Notes: generated by a model not told the origin, from the sequence alone. A stretch of 64,000 nucleotides of DNA from an uncultured Pseudomonadota bacterium (GCA_963736005.1 CAVTNB010000003.1:416001-480000), one strand, 5' to 3'. Shown: positions 21,360 through 31,579, counted from the first letter of the stretch. Numbers and translations are program-made.

Positions 21360-22664
21360 CTAGGCAGTGATCGCGGCCAAGGCCGGACCTTCGCCGATGG
21401 CGCAGACAGCTGCTGCGTCCCAACGCAGACGCTGTCGCGAAAATGCATTGAACTCGCGGGCGCTGATGGTCTTGAGCATTGCGAGTTCCTGTGCAGGCGT
21501 CACCAATTCTTGATCCAAGAGCGCGAGTTCGGCGTAGCGCGCCGCGTTGGCAGCATTCCATTCGGCAATGAGCTCGATCTGCGCTGACAACGCCTCTTTA
21601 CCACGCATCACTTCGTCCTTCGTGAAGCCAGCTGCAGCGGTGTCGGCAAGAATTCGCTTCGTTTCCTTCAGCGCCAGTGCAGCGCGAGCTCGACCGACGG
21701 CTGCCATGGCGCTCATGACGCCGATGTCGGCGTAAAAGTCGAGCGTGGCGTAGACCTCATACGCAAGCCCGAGCTGCTCGCGCAGCCCGTCCCACAGCCT
21801 GCTTCCATCGCCATCGCCAACAAGAACCTGCGCAAGCTGGGTGCTGAGCACGGCGCGGTAGCCATCGGGATACGATGGCGTCGTGGTGGACAGTGAGAAC
21901 CACACTTGCTGGGTGTCGGCGCGGCGCAGCACCCTCGAACGACGGCCTTGTGGCGTAGATGGAGCGCCTGCGCCTCGCAGCCGCCGCGGCGGGAACGCGG
22001 CGTGGTGAGAAGCGCGCCACCTGCCAAAGTGTCGCTGCGCTGCGCCAATCATCTCCTCCGCGGTCATTGGCCCAGCCAGGCTCAGGACTGCGTTCGCCGG
22101 GTGAAAGAACTTGCGGTGAAACCGGCGGACATGCTGCCGCGTGATCTCGCGAATGCTTGCGCGCGAGCCACCGGTGTCACGGCCAAGCGGATGAGAACCC
22201 CACAGGGTCTTATCCGTGAGCACTTCAATGCGCTTGCTGGGATCGACTTCCCAGTCGCGCAACTCTTCTAAGACGACTTGCCGCTCGGTTTCCAAGTCGT
22301 GTGCATCAAAGAGCGGGCGCTGCGCCACGCTTGCAACCAAACCCAAAGCGGTATCCACCTTGCTCATCGGAACGGTGCCCGCGATCGAGATCATTTCTTT
22401 GCTCGTCGTCGGGTTGAAGCGATTGCCGCAGCGCTGCATGGTTGCCGCGATTTGATGACGTGAGAAATCTTGCGTCGATTTAAAGATGAGATGTTCCAGG
22501 AAGTGCGCGAGACCCGGACGCATGGGCGGATCGTACAGCGATCCGGCGCGAATCGCGAGCGTCAGGCTCAAACTGGCGGCGTGCTTCATCGGGGTCGTGA
22601 CAATGCGCAACCCGTTGCTCAGCGTGTGCTGCGCGGGCAAGTTGGTCGATCGCGGGCGGTACAT
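21360..22664 (-). CDS. M16 family zinc metallopeptidase
   Basis: GLAHFLEHL (HxxEH), LSNGLRI, LREQLGLAYEV; start taken at MYRPR. Confidence 0.88.
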   Translation of the reverse strand: MYRPRSTNLPAQHTLSNGLRIVTTPMKHAASLSLTLAIRAGSLYDPPMRPGLAHFLEHLIFKSTQDFSRHQIAATMQRCGNRFNPTTSKEMISIAGTVPMSKVDTALGLVASVAQRPLFDAHDLETERQVVLEELRDWEVDPSKRIEVLTDKTLWGSHPLGRDTGGSRASIREITRQHVRRFHRKFFHPANAVLSLAGPMTAEEMIGAAQRHFGRWRASHHAAFPPRRLRGAGAPSTPQGRRSRVLRRADTQQVWFSLSTTTPSYPDGYRAVLSTQLAQVLVGDGDGSRLWDGLREQLGLAYEVYATLDFYADIGVMSAMAAVGRARAALALKETKRILADTAAAGFTKDEVMRGKEALSAQIELIAEWNAANAARYAELALLDQELVTPAQELAMLKTISAREFNAFSRQRLRWDAAAVCAIGEGPALAAITA

Positions 22665-22844
22665 GGCGGGCCGGAGCTTTCCTGGTGGGAGGGGGGTCTG
22701 GCGCGCCTTGTCTATCACGCGGCCAGGACTCGATGTCTTCGACAACCCAACCCGGCTTCCGTGGCCGAGAGGGACGGTGTTATCAGGGTTTGCCGTCCCA
22801 ATTTCCAAGATACTTGGAGAATATTTCCGGGCCGAATGGACCCC

Positions 22845-23906
22845 TTAGTGCAGGGCGATACCGGCGGGATTGAGCATGGCTGGGCCCGCCACCGTCGCGT
22901 TGGGCAATGGGCCGCTACAGGCGAGATTGCCAAGGTTATTCGCTGCAAACGTGGTGATGTAACCTGACTGCCCAACCACAACCTGGGAGTTGACCACGAA
23001 CACGCTGCCAACCGAGTTCACCGCCACTCCGGTCGAATTGTTGACGCCCGTGTTCGGGCCACAGATCGCATTCACCGGAGAGATATTGTTCATCGTACCA
23101 CTGACGATCCCAGAATAGATCAGCACTTCATCGAAAGATGGCGCCGGATAGTTAACCGAAACATAGAGCCGCCCTGAAGCGTCAAATGCGATCCCCTGCG
23201 GAGTGCTGCCATTCAGCAACGTGTTCGGACCGCTGATCGTGGTCGTCGGCGGTATGTTTCCGTTCGGGTTGCTTGAGAGCGGAGGAAATTCTTCAATGGA
23301 ATTTCCGGATTGGTTGGCTACCCAGATATTCCCACCTGAGTCCAGCGCAATGAATCCAGGTGTGGAAAGACTTGTGGCTGCACCGCTAATGGTATTGCTT
23401 GCAACGTTCGAAGCCGGCGGGAAAATTTTAATGCTCGCGGTACCACCGTTGATTGCGCTGCTCGCAACGTACACGTTCCTTGCGGCGTCAACAGCCACGC
23501 CGATTGGGGTTGAGAGACCGGTGATGGAAAACGTCGGTGCGAGATTACCGTGACCCGCAACGGGATACTCGGTGACGGAGTTGCCGTTCACGCCAGAATT
23601 CGCGACATAAATCGTTCCGCTCGAGTCGATGGCGATGCCCTCAGGATGGAACATCCCGGTATTTGAGCCTTGGATCAGGCGAGCCTGATTGCAGCTGCCG
23701 CAATTGGCGTTCTGGCCGTAGACCAGGACTGAGTTGTTCGTGTAATCGGTGATGAACATCGCGCCACTCGATGGGGGCGGTGTGGGCGGCGCGGGGGTGG
23801 TCGACGAGTTATTGCACCCAGCCACGGCAAGAATGATGCCCACGGCCAGAGCTGGGATGGCCGTCACAGACCGATGGGAAAAACGCGACCTCATGGGAAT
23901 CTCCAT
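22845..23906 (-). CDS. NHL-repeat (beta-propeller) lipoprotein
   Basis: VAGC lipobox, Pro-rich linker, repeated P.GIA.D..G.IYVAN units. Confidence 0.8.
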   Translation of the reverse strand: MEIPMRSRFSHRSVTAIPALAVGIILAVAGCNNSSTTPAPPTPPPSSGAMFITDYTNNSVLVYGQNANCGSCNQARLIQGSNTGMFHPEGIAIDSSGTIYVANSGVNGNSVTEYPVAGHGNLAPTFSITGLSTPIGVAVDAARNVYVASSAINGGTASIKIFPPASNVASNTISGAATSLSTPGFIALDSGGNIWVANQSGNSIEEFPPLSSNPNGNIPPTTTISGPNTLLNGSTPQGIAFDASGRLYVSVNYPAPSFDEVLIYSGIVSGTMNNISPVNAICGPNTGVNNSTGVAVNSVGSVFVVNSQVVVGQSGYITTFAANNLGNLACSGPLPNATVAGPAMLNPAGIALH

Positions 23907-24092
23907 CTTCTACACCAACCCTAAAATTGCGGAAGCTGACAAAATATCTCCTCTTTCTTCAAGCCAAGAGCGCTGCTGGTTCGTTCACTCTAATGTGATT
24001 GTAATGTGATGAGCACGGCGATTTTTTATGAACGCTTCTCTTTCATCGGACTGCAAGGCATCGCTCCCGCTCCACAAGAAGCGGTCCGACCG

Positions 24093-24629
24093 GTGACTGA
24101 CGAGCGCGATCTCTTACGCCTAGTCCAAAGGTGCGACAAGGACGCTTTTGCCGATTTGTACGACCGTCACGCGTCGGTCGTGTACGGCATTTGCCGCCGG
24201 ATTCTCGGGGATCCCGCTGCCGCAGAGGATGTGACCCAATCCGTTTTTACCATGCTGTGGGCCAAGCCGACTGCATTCGCCGGTGGAAACTTTTCAGCGT
24301 GGATTACCAGAGTAGCCCGCAACGCCGCTCTCGACGTTGTGCGCAGCGCAGCAGTGCGGACACGCGAACCCGAAATGCCCGCAGACATCCCGGCCACAGG
24401 TGATCTCGAAGACCAAGTCGTCGCCCGGGTCCAATCCAATGCGATTGCAGGAGCGCTGGCGCAACTACCCGAGGAGCAACGCGAAGCGATCGAGCAAGCA
24501 TATTTCGGCGGCCTCTCCTATCGCGAGGTAGCGGAGAGGCTCGGTGCGCCGCTTGGAACCATCAAGAGCAGAATTCGCAGTGGTTTGCGACAGCTTTGGG
24601 ATGCTTTGCAGCAGCAGGTGGTGTTATGA
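24093..24629 (+). CDS. ECF sigma factor (SigK-like)
   Basis: AEDVTQ.VF..LW, W..RVARN.ALD, LPEEQR..I..AYF.GLSYREVA...GTIKSRIR; start may be further upstream (24006). Confidence 0.9.
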   Translation: MTDERDLLRLVQRCDKDAFADLYDRHASVVYGICRRILGDPAAAEDVTQSVFTMLWAKPTAFAGGNFSAWITRVARNAALDVVRSAAVRTREPEMPADIPATGDLEDQVVARVQSNAIAGALAQLPEEQREAIEQAYFGGLSYREVAERLGAPLGTIKSRIRSGLRQLWDALQQQVVL

Positions 24630-25291
24630 GCACGCAACACACACCCGAACTGCTTGAGATGGTCGCGGTGTATGCGCTAGGTGGCGTGGATGCGACGACT
24701 GGGGAATGTGCGGAACTTCGGGCTCACATCGCACAGTGCCCAATCTGCCAAGAAGAATTTCGTCGCAACGCGGCGACAGCCGCCGCGATCGGACGTTCTG
24801 CGGCCCAAGCACCGCCGCCAAGTCTGCGTGAGAAGATTCTCGCCTCGCTTCCGGCTCGCGTCACACCGCTTGCCCAGCGGCGGCAACCGACATGGTTCGT
24901 TCCCGCCGCCGCAGCGGCAGCGGTCGTCATCGCGGCCGGAATATGGTGGAACGCCCATCGGCAGTCCGGGCAGACGTGGGCTGCGACGTGCACGCCCACG
25001 GCACCCAGCTGTCACGCAAGTGGCGTGCTCAGTGTCGCGGGCGGAGCACTCGAGCTGCAGCTGCACGGCTTAGCCGCGCTGCCATCCGGGAAGCAATATC
25101 AAGCATGGCTGATCATGCCTGGTGCGGCTCCGAAACCCGAACCCGTTTTTTCCGCGAATCAAAGCGGCGATGGATCGGTTGCGATTCCTGAAGCGCCAGC
25201 CAAGGGAGACGTCGTGGCCGTGACGATCGAGCCCGCCGGCGGCTCGCAAAAGCCGACGACGGCGCCGTTTTTAGTCGCGAAGATCGATTGA
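24626..25291 (+). CDS. Anti-sigma factor (RskA-like, ZAS N-terminus)
   Basis: YALG, HxxxCxxC, single TM, YQAW, AVTIEPAGGS..PT; ATGA overlap with the sigma gene. Confidence 0.88.
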   Translation: MSTQHTPELLEMVAVYALGGVDATTGECAELRAHIAQCPICQEEFRRNAATAAAIGRSAAQAPPPSLREKILASLPARVTPLAQRRQPTWFVPAAAAAAVVIAAGIWWNAHRQSGQTWAATCTPTAPSCHASGVLSVAGGALELQLHGLAALPSGKQYQAWLIMPGAAPKPEPVFSANQSGDGSVAIPEAPAKGDVVAVTIEPAGGSQKPTTAPFLVAKID

Positions 25292-25299
25292 CTGAGCTC

Positions 25300-26622
25300 T
25301 TAGGCGACGGTGCTCGTGCGCAGCGCGCGGTGGAGACTCGCTGCGCCATCAGAGAGTTTGATGTCCGCCGGTGAAACTTCATCGACAATGACTTGCTGCG
25401 CCAGTACATCGAGGTAGCTCACCTCGTCGGGAGCAAGTTTGGCCAGGCCCGTTCTCGCGAGCGCGACCAATTCTTTCGCCAGCGCTAAAACGTTCACGCC
25501 TTCCGAACGAGCATCCAGGGCATCGCGCGCAACCGCCATTTGAAGTGCCCGATAGCCCCCTCGGTCGAGACGAGGTGCGAGCCGAAGCGCTTGACCGAGC
25601 GTTTCGGCATCATACGTGAGGCCTTTCCAAAAAGCGGCGAGCGCTATCGCCATCTCGGGAGTTCCGCCGTCGGCGCTGCGCAGTTCAATGTAGTCTCGAA
25701 TGCGGGCCTCCGTGAAGATCATGCTCAGCAAGGTTGGAAAATCGTCAGCGTTCGATCCGGGTATGTCCGTGAGACGCAGACCGGCGTAGTCGAGAAGCTC
25801 ACCGTCGCGCTCGATAAAGAACACCGGCACGTCCAGCATTGCCGCTACGGAGCGGCGCAAATCGAATGGCTCCTCGAGCGTGCCGGGTCCCGGCCCAGTT
25901 CGATCGGCGTCTGTATCAAGCCACACCGCGTAGCGAACTGACTTCAAACCTGTCGGCGCTCCATCGACGAACGGAGAATTGGCGAACATCGCAGCAACGA
26001 TCGGTCCCAGGCGATTCCCCAAGACATATTTTCGCCCCAGATCTTCTTCGTCAGCGTAGTCGATGCTCGTTTGCATCGCAGCGGTCCTGGTCATCATATC
26101 CCAGGCGTGCTGTCCCCGCTGCCCGAGGTAGGGGCGCATGATCGCATAGCGTTGTTTGAGCACCCAAGATTGGTCGGCCGCGCTGCGTACCGGATCGAAT
26201 CCCATGCCGACAAAGAAGATGCCTAACTCTTGCGCGCAAGCATGCAGCTCCGTTAGAAAGCGTTGCAGCGCGCTCGCGTTGTCTGAAAGTGTGCGCTCGG
26301 CGTGACCGGAAAATTCAATCTGACCGCCCGGTTCGAGCGTTATGTCACCAAATGGCATGCGCACGGCAATGATGTTGAGATCCTCTAGAGTTGGCGCACC
26401 GCCCAACGTTACAAACATCCGCAGCAGTGCTTGCACGCGATCGCGATGGATGCGCGCAAGGGTGCTCTGCTCGAAGCCGAGGATTTCATATTCGATGCCG
26501 ACACGCCAATCAGCGACCGGCTTCGCATGCCGGCGAATGTACTCGCATGCTGCATCGAGGTCGAGCTCGGGAGCGGCAAGCGCACTGCCACCGCGGTCGC
26601 GGCGAGGAATAGGTTGCTGCAT
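25300..26622 (-). CDS. Glutamate--cysteine ligase (GCS2 family, GshA/EgtA-like)
   Basis: GIEYE, TLEPGGQIEFSG, KQRY.IM..Y, MM..TA..Q, FANSPF, F.EAR...YIELR.AD. Confidence 0.88.
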   Translation of the reverse strand: MQQPIPRRDRGGSALAAPELDLDAACEYIRRHAKPVADWRVGIEYEILGFEQSTLARIHRDRVQALLRMFVTLGGAPTLEDLNIIAVRMPFGDITLEPGGQIEFSGHAERTLSDNASALQRFLTELHACAQELGIFFVGMGFDPVRSAADQSWVLKQRYAIMRPYLGQRGQHAWDMMTRTAAMQTSIDYADEEDLGRKYVLGNRLGPIVAAMFANSPFVDGAPTGLKSVRYAVWLDTDADRTGPGPGTLEEPFDLRRSVAAMLDVPVFFIERDGELLDYAGLRLTDIPGSNADDFPTLLSMIFTEARIRDYIELRSADGGTPEMAIALAAFWKGLTYDAETLGQALRLAPRLDRGGYRALQMAVARDALDARSEGVNVLALAKELVALARTGLAKLAPDEVSYLDVLAQQVIVDEVSPADIKLSDGAASLHRALRTSTVA

Positions 26623-26638
26623 TACGTAAGCGTTCTTT

Positions 26639-27943
26639 ATGAGTCCGCAGACTTTAACATTGGGGGCGATCGAGCGACTTCGCTCGGCTAGGGCGCAGAC
26701 CGTTCAACTTTTCGACCTGTCGACCTCTGATTCGGTCCTGCGGACCGAGCCAATGCCTGGGTTTCGTCCATTACTTTGGCATCTTGCCCACATCGGGGTG
26801 TACCAAAACTATTGGCTCCTGCAGCGCTGCGCGGGCCAACCCAGCATCAACCCGCTCTATGACGTCTACTTCGATCCCATCAAAACCCCACGAGAGGAGG
26901 CACCAGAGCTTCCCGATCGTTCGCAGATTCTAACTTACCTTGAGGAAACCAGCAAACGCGTTGAAGAGTTCCTCGAGCACGCCGACCTGCGCTCAGAGTC
27001 GATGGCTCACGCTAACAACGGGAAACTCACCCCGTCATATGCAGTTGATCTCGTGTACGAGCACGAGTGCCAGCACCAAGAAACGATTGCCTTTGTCTTT
27101 GCGTCGCTGCCGTACGCAAGCAAAAAGTCAGGGCCGGCGCTGATATCAGGGAAACGGGCGAACCCTCCGCGGGAAATTGTAGTACCGGCGGTGCGGGCTG
27201 CGATCGGGGGTGCACCTTTAGGATTCGTCTACGATAACGAGCTACCGCGACACGAAGTTGAGGTCAAGGCATTTTGCATCGACCGCGATTTGACGACCAA
27301 TGACGAGTATGCGCAGTTCGTTGAAAGCGGCGGTTACGCAAAGCGCGAGTGGTGGACCGACGACGGGTGGCACTGGAGAGAATCGGAAAATGTGAGCTTG
27401 CCTCTGTATTGGTCTGCAAAGCCGTTTCGAGAGCGCGGCTTTTTCACCGAAAGCGACCTGCGCGAGGATGCACCGGTCACGGGGGTGTCGTGGTACGAGG
27501 CGCAAGCGTACTGTGCGTTTCGGGGAAAGCGATTGCCAACCGAATTCGAGTGGGAAGTTGCGGCCGCATGGGATCCAGCGAGCGGCGAGATGCAACGCTT
27601 TCCGTGGGGCGACCGGCCGGCGCCGATCGAGCGGCCACAACCATTGAGCTTTGGAACTCTCCCAGTCGGCACGTGCGCGGACGGCAAGAGCGCACTTGGC
27701 CTAAACGACGTCACGACCAATCTTTGGCAATGGACGGCATCGCCATTTTCCGGCTATGCAGGTTTTGTCGCCTATCCGTATCCCGAATACTCGCAAGCAT
27801 GGTTCGATGGCGATCACTTCGTCGCGCGTGGCGGCTCCTGGTTTACTGCCCCAGCTTTAGGGCGCGCCAGCTTCCGCAATTTCTACCGGCGCCATTTTAG
27901 GCCCGCATTCATTGGCATCCGCTGCGCCCGCGACGCGGGATGA
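26639..27943 (+). CDS. EgtB-like non-heme iron sulfoxide synthase (DinB + FGE-sulfatase domains)
   Basis: WHLAH and HECQHQE iron ligands, YDNE.P.H, RLPTE.EWE.AA, YPEYS..WF, RGGSW. Confidence 0.82.
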   Translation: MSPQTLTLGAIERLRSARAQTVQLFDLSTSDSVLRTEPMPGFRPLLWHLAHIGVYQNYWLLQRCAGQPSINPLYDVYFDPIKTPREEAPELPDRSQILTYLEETSKRVEEFLEHADLRSESMAHANNGKLTPSYAVDLVYEHECQHQETIAFVFASLPYASKKSGPALISGKRANPPREIVVPAVRAAIGGAPLGFVYDNELPRHEVEVKAFCIDRDLTTNDEYAQFVESGGYAKREWWTDDGWHWRESENVSLPLYWSAKPFRERGFFTESDLREDAPVTGVSWYEAQAYCAFRGKRLPTEFEWEVAAAWDPASGEMQRFPWGDRPAPIERPQPLSFGTLPVGTCADGKSALGLNDVTTNLWQWTASPFSGYAGFVAYPYPEYSQAWFDGDHFVARGGSWFTAPALGRASFRNFYRRHFRPAFIGIRCARDAG

Positions 27944-29297
27944 AGCGTGGCTCCTTCGGGCGATCGATCGGTATCACGAGCTGTGTGCTGATCCTACGCT
28001 CGCTGGTCCCGATGTCGTCGCCTCGTTTGCCGCTGCCCAGATACGCCTCGGCCTAACCTTCGGCGGCATCGTCCAATGCCGCTCCCTTCGGCCTGCCTTC
28101 ATCACTTCCCGATCTCTTGAAGCGCTACGCAGGGCTGTCGACACGTTCTGGAACGTCATCCGCGTGATCGAACGAAGCGCGCTTGCGGATGCCTCGCTTG
28201 CCGTGCAACTCGGCTTGACCGAACAGGAACGCAACCTCATCGCCATCGATCCTGGCTACGACGATGCAACAGTCGTTTCTCGCCTCGATACGTTTTTTGC
28301 CGAACGTCCAATCGTCATCGAGTACAATGCCGACAGTCCGGCCGGCATGTCGTATCAAGCAGGGCAAGCAGGCCTCATGCGTCGCTTGCCGGTGTTTGCA
28401 CAATTCGCAACCGAATATCGCCTTGAGGAACTCCGCGCGGACGTTGCGTTGCGCGAAACATTGATTGATGTGTGGCGCGAGTTTAGCACCCGCAAGTCCC
28501 TTGCACCTCGCACGCCTTGCGTCGCCATCGTTGACGTCAAAGCGGCGGAGACGAGTGCCGAGTTCGGCCTTGTCGCCGAGGACTTCAAGACCCATGGCAT
28601 CCCGGCCGTCGTCGCGACGCCCGAGGATCTGCATCTGGTGGATGGCGAGCTGCATGCGTTTGGACGCAGAGTCGACCTCGTCTACAAACGACTGCTCGTT
28701 GCGGACTTTCTGGCGCACTATGACTTGCGCCATCCCTTGGTGCGGGCCTATGCCGCGGGAACCGTGTGCGTCGCGAGTTCGTTTCGTTGCACGATCGCTC
28801 AGAAGAAGCAGGCGCTCGCGGTTCTTTTTGACGACCGCCGTGCAACGTTGTTTTCGAACGAACAACGGCCCGCGATCGAGGAGCTGGTTGCACCGACCTG
28901 GCCGGCGCATTCGTTTGCCAGGGAGCGTTTGGAAACGGAGCGATTCGACTTCGTCCTCAAACCAAATGACGCGCATGGGGGCGAGAACGTGTTCCTTGGA
29001 TGGGAATGCGACGCCGCGCAATGGCGCGATTCGCTCGACACTGCGATCTCCGGCGACTACGTTGTTCAACGGCGAGTGCTGCCGTCTATGGCCACGTACC
29101 CCATTTTCGATGCGGCCGCTCCCCAGGACGGGGCAAAACTCACGGCGCTGCTCGAGGATCGAAACGCCTACGTCTTCCGAGGGATTCTCCGCGGGATCCT
29201 CACGCGATTGTCGGATTCGGCTATCATCAACGTTTCGCGTGGGGGCCAAGCAATTCCAACGTTTGTCATTTCGCCCGCAAACGATGCGCGCGAATAA
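27912..29297 (+). CDS. Circularly permuted ATP-grasp ligase (glutathionylspermidine/glutathione synthetase-like)
   Basis: SRLD, IEYNADSPAG, VLKP.D..GG.NV.LG, VVQ, TRLS...INVS.GG. Confidence 0.8.
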   Translation: MASAAPATRDEAWLLRAIDRYHELCADPTLAGPDVVASFAAAQIRLGLTFGGIVQCRSLRPAFITSRSLEALRRAVDTFWNVIRVIERSALADASLAVQLGLTEQERNLIAIDPGYDDATVVSRLDTFFAERPIVIEYNADSPAGMSYQAGQAGLMRRLPVFAQFATEYRLEELRADVALRETLIDVWREFSTRKSLAPRTPCVAIVDVKAAETSAEFGLVAEDFKTHGIPAVVATPEDLHLVDGELHAFGRRVDLVYKRLLVADFLAHYDLRHPLVRAYAAGTVCVASSFRCTIAQKKQALAVLFDDRRATLFSNEQRPAIEELVAPTWPAHSFARERLETERFDFVLKPNDAHGGENVFLGWECDAAQWRDSLDTAISGDYVVQRRVLPSMATYPIFDAAAPQDGAKLTALLEDRNAYVFRGILRGILTRLSDSAIINVSRGGQAIPTFVISPANDARE

Positions 29298-29334
29298 ATT
29301 CGCCATCGAGCGGACCTAAAGGTCCGCTGCTACA
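29287..29334. repeat. REP pair: truncated family A plus family B
   Basis: cgcgcgaataaattcgc followed by agcggacctaaaggtccgctgctac. Confidence 0.7.
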
Positions 29335-29540
29335 TTAGGCGGCGCGGAGGGCGAGGCTCGCGTTGAGGCCACCAAAGCCAAAACTATTCGAGAGCACGAG
29401 GCACTGGCGCAGCGGCATCGGCACGGGCGGAGTTGAGATGGCAGCCTTCACCCGGCGTTTCCAAGTTGACCACGGGCACGACGGTGCTCTCGAATACCAA
29501 TGGCACACAGCGCAGCCTCCACCGCGCCGGTTCCATCAAC
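29335..29540 (-). pseudogene. Remnant of the 3' end of a beta-ketoacyl-ACP synthase (FabF-like)
   Basis: Across two frameshifts: GTGAVEAALC..., PVVNLETPGEGCHLN, LVLSNSFGFGGLNASLALRAA*. Confidence 0.75.
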
Positions 29541-29686
29541 TCGCGTGCAACCAAGCGTTCCATGTCCCTCGCTCCCGTGTTGACTCTATCGCAATCGCTT
29601 AAAAAACCCATGAAGAGTGATGCCCGTCCGCCTAAAAATCTTATATGATATGAAAACGTCGAGCATAGGACGTTGAGGACCGAACG

Positions 29687-30010
29687 ATGCCAACTCTAAA
29701 GAAGCGTAAGGAAGAGCGCCAAACCCAACCGCCGCCTCGGGTCGATGGATCCGGAGTCATCGCTACACCTGTCTTTGACCCGATGATCCGGTCGCGCGAG
29801 CTAGCAGCGGCCGTCAGCCAGCTCATTGGAGCGGCGACCGAAATATCGGCATGGAGTGTTGGCTATCGCATCACGCCGCTGCTCAGCGGCGTTACCGTGT
29901 CCTGGGAGCGGCGGACCCTCCCGTCGCGGCAGTGGCTTCGCGAACTCGAACAGGAGATCATCACCTTCGGCATTTGCAACGGTCTCCAGGTTTGGTTCCG
30001 CGAGTTCTAA
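29687..30010 (+). CDS. Hypothetical protein
   Basis: ATG with GAGGA upstream; fills the gap. Confidence 0.55.
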   Translation: MPTLKKRKEERQTQPPPRVDGSGVIATPVFDPMIRSRELAAAVSQLIGAATEISAWSVGYRITPLLSGVTVSWERRTLPSRQWLRELEQEIITFGICNGLQVWFREF

Positions 30011-30019
30011 TTCGGTCGG

Positions 30020-31579
30020 TTAGATTTTCTCGCTGACGGATTTCGCGAGCAAGAACAGCAGCAGGTAATCGGGCCCTCCCGCCTTTGAATCTGTCCCCGA
30101 CATGTTGAAGCCGCCAAAGGGGTGCACGCCGACCATCGCACCCGTGCTCTTGCGATTAAAATAGAGGTTCCCGACGTAAAATTCTTCACGCGCGCGTTCG
30201 AGCTTGCGGCGGTCGCTTGAATAGACGCTCCCAGTGAGACCAAACTCGGTGTTATTGGCGATCGCAAGAGCGTCGTCATAATCTTTCGCCTTGATAACGG
30301 CGAGCACCGGGCCGAAGATTTCCTCCTGCGCTAAGGTTGCGGTCGGCGCCACGTCGGTGAAGGCCGTCGGCTCGAGAAAATAGCCCTCGTCGCCCACGCG
30401 CTCGCCGCCGGCAAGCAGCTTGCCCTCCTTCTTGCCGATCTTGATGTAACTCTCGATCTTGTCGCGCGATCGCTCGTTGACGACCGGGCCCATGAAATTC
30501 GACGGATCGATGGGGTCGCCGACGGTGATTGCATCGACCCGCTCCGCGAGGCGAGAAACGAACTCGTCGTAGATGGACGCCTCGATAATCGCACGCGAGC
30601 ACGCCGAACACTTCTGCCCAGAAAAACCAAAAGCGGAACTGGCGACGCCTTCGACCGCAGCGGCAAGATCTGCATCGGCCGCGACGACGATCCCGTCCTT
30701 GCCTCCCATTTCCGCGACCACCCGTTTGATCCAATGTTGGCCCGGGTGCACGTCGGCCGCAAGGCGGTTGATGCGCAAGCCTACTTCTTTGCTGCCGGTG
30801 AACGAGATAAAGCGCACGCGGGGATCGCTGACCAACGCGTCGCCGATCGCTCCACCAGAACCCGTGATGAGATTGACGACTCCCGGTGGCAACCCGCAGG
30901 ACTCGAGCAACTCGACGAACCGCGCAGCGATGACCGGAGAATCACTTGAGGGCTTGAGCACGACCGTGTTGCCGGTGACGATCGCGGCGGACGTCATACC
31001 TGCCATGATCGCAAATGGGAAGTTCCACGGAGGGATCACGATGCCGACCCCCAGAGGAATGTAATGCATTTCGTTGTCTTCGCCCGGCAGCGGCGTCAAA
31101 GGCCTGCGCTGCGCATAGCGCAGCATCTCGCGGCCGTAATATTCGAGAAAGTCGATGCCCTCGGCGATGTCGCCGTCCGCTTCGGGCCAGCTCTTGCCCA
31201 CTTCGAGGATCAGCAGCGCATCGAACTCGTCTCGCCGTTTTCGCAGTTGTTCCGCAGCCGCAAAGAGCAGTTGTGCTCTCTCGCGGGCGGGAACGCGCGA
31301 CCACTGGGAAAAAGCGCGTTCGGCTGCGCCGATTGCTTCGCGCGCTTGCTCCACCGTTGCAGAGGCAACCCGCCCAACGATTTCACCCGGGTGCGAAGGA
31401 TTGATTGACGCAAATTGTTTGCCTGATGGGACGCGCTGTCCGCCGATGATGAGGTCGTACTCTTTGCGTTCGGCGCGCACGCTCGAGATCGCCGCAACAA
31501 GGCTCGCACGCTCGCCCTGGGTTTGAAACGTGCGGAGGGGTTCGTTCGTAAAAGGCCGCTGCTCGATTAGCGTCGCCAT
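30020..31579 (-). CDS. pruA: 1-pyrroline-5-carboxylate dehydrogenase (PruA/RocA type)
   Basis: F.NEP N-terminus, PWNFP, FTGS, AEMGGK, FSGQKCSACS, EEIFGP, GTDSKAGG. Confidence 0.92.
   Translation of the reverse strand: MATLIEQRPFTNEPLRTFQTQGERASLVAAISSVRAERKEYDLIIGGQRVPSGKQFASINPSHPGEIVGRVASATVEQAREAIGAAERAFSQWSRVPARERAQLLFAAAEQLRKRRDEFDALLILEVGKSWPEADGDIAEGIDFLEYYGREMLRYAQRRPLTPLPGEDNEMHYIPLGVGIVIPPWNFPFAIMAGMTSAAIVTGNTVVLKPSSDSPVIAARFVELLESCGLPPGVVNLITGSGGAIGDALVSDPRVRFISFTGSKEVGLRINRLAADVHPGQHWIKRVVAEMGGKDGIVVAADADLAAAVEGVASSAFGFSGQKCSACSRAIIEASIYDEFVSRLAERVDAITVGDPIDPSNFMGPVVNERSRDKIESYIKIGKKEGKLLAGGERVGDEGYFLEPTAFTDVAPTATLAQEEIFGPVLAVIKAKDYDDALAIANNTEFGLTGSVYSSDRRKLERAREEFYVGNLYFNRKSTGAMVGVHPFGGFNMSGTDSKAGGPDYLLLFLLAKSVSEKI

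Noticed and set aside
26639..27943. Selenoneine (SenA) or ovothiol (OvoA) assignment
   Set aside because: No adjacent SenB/SelD genes and no C-terminal methyltransferase domain
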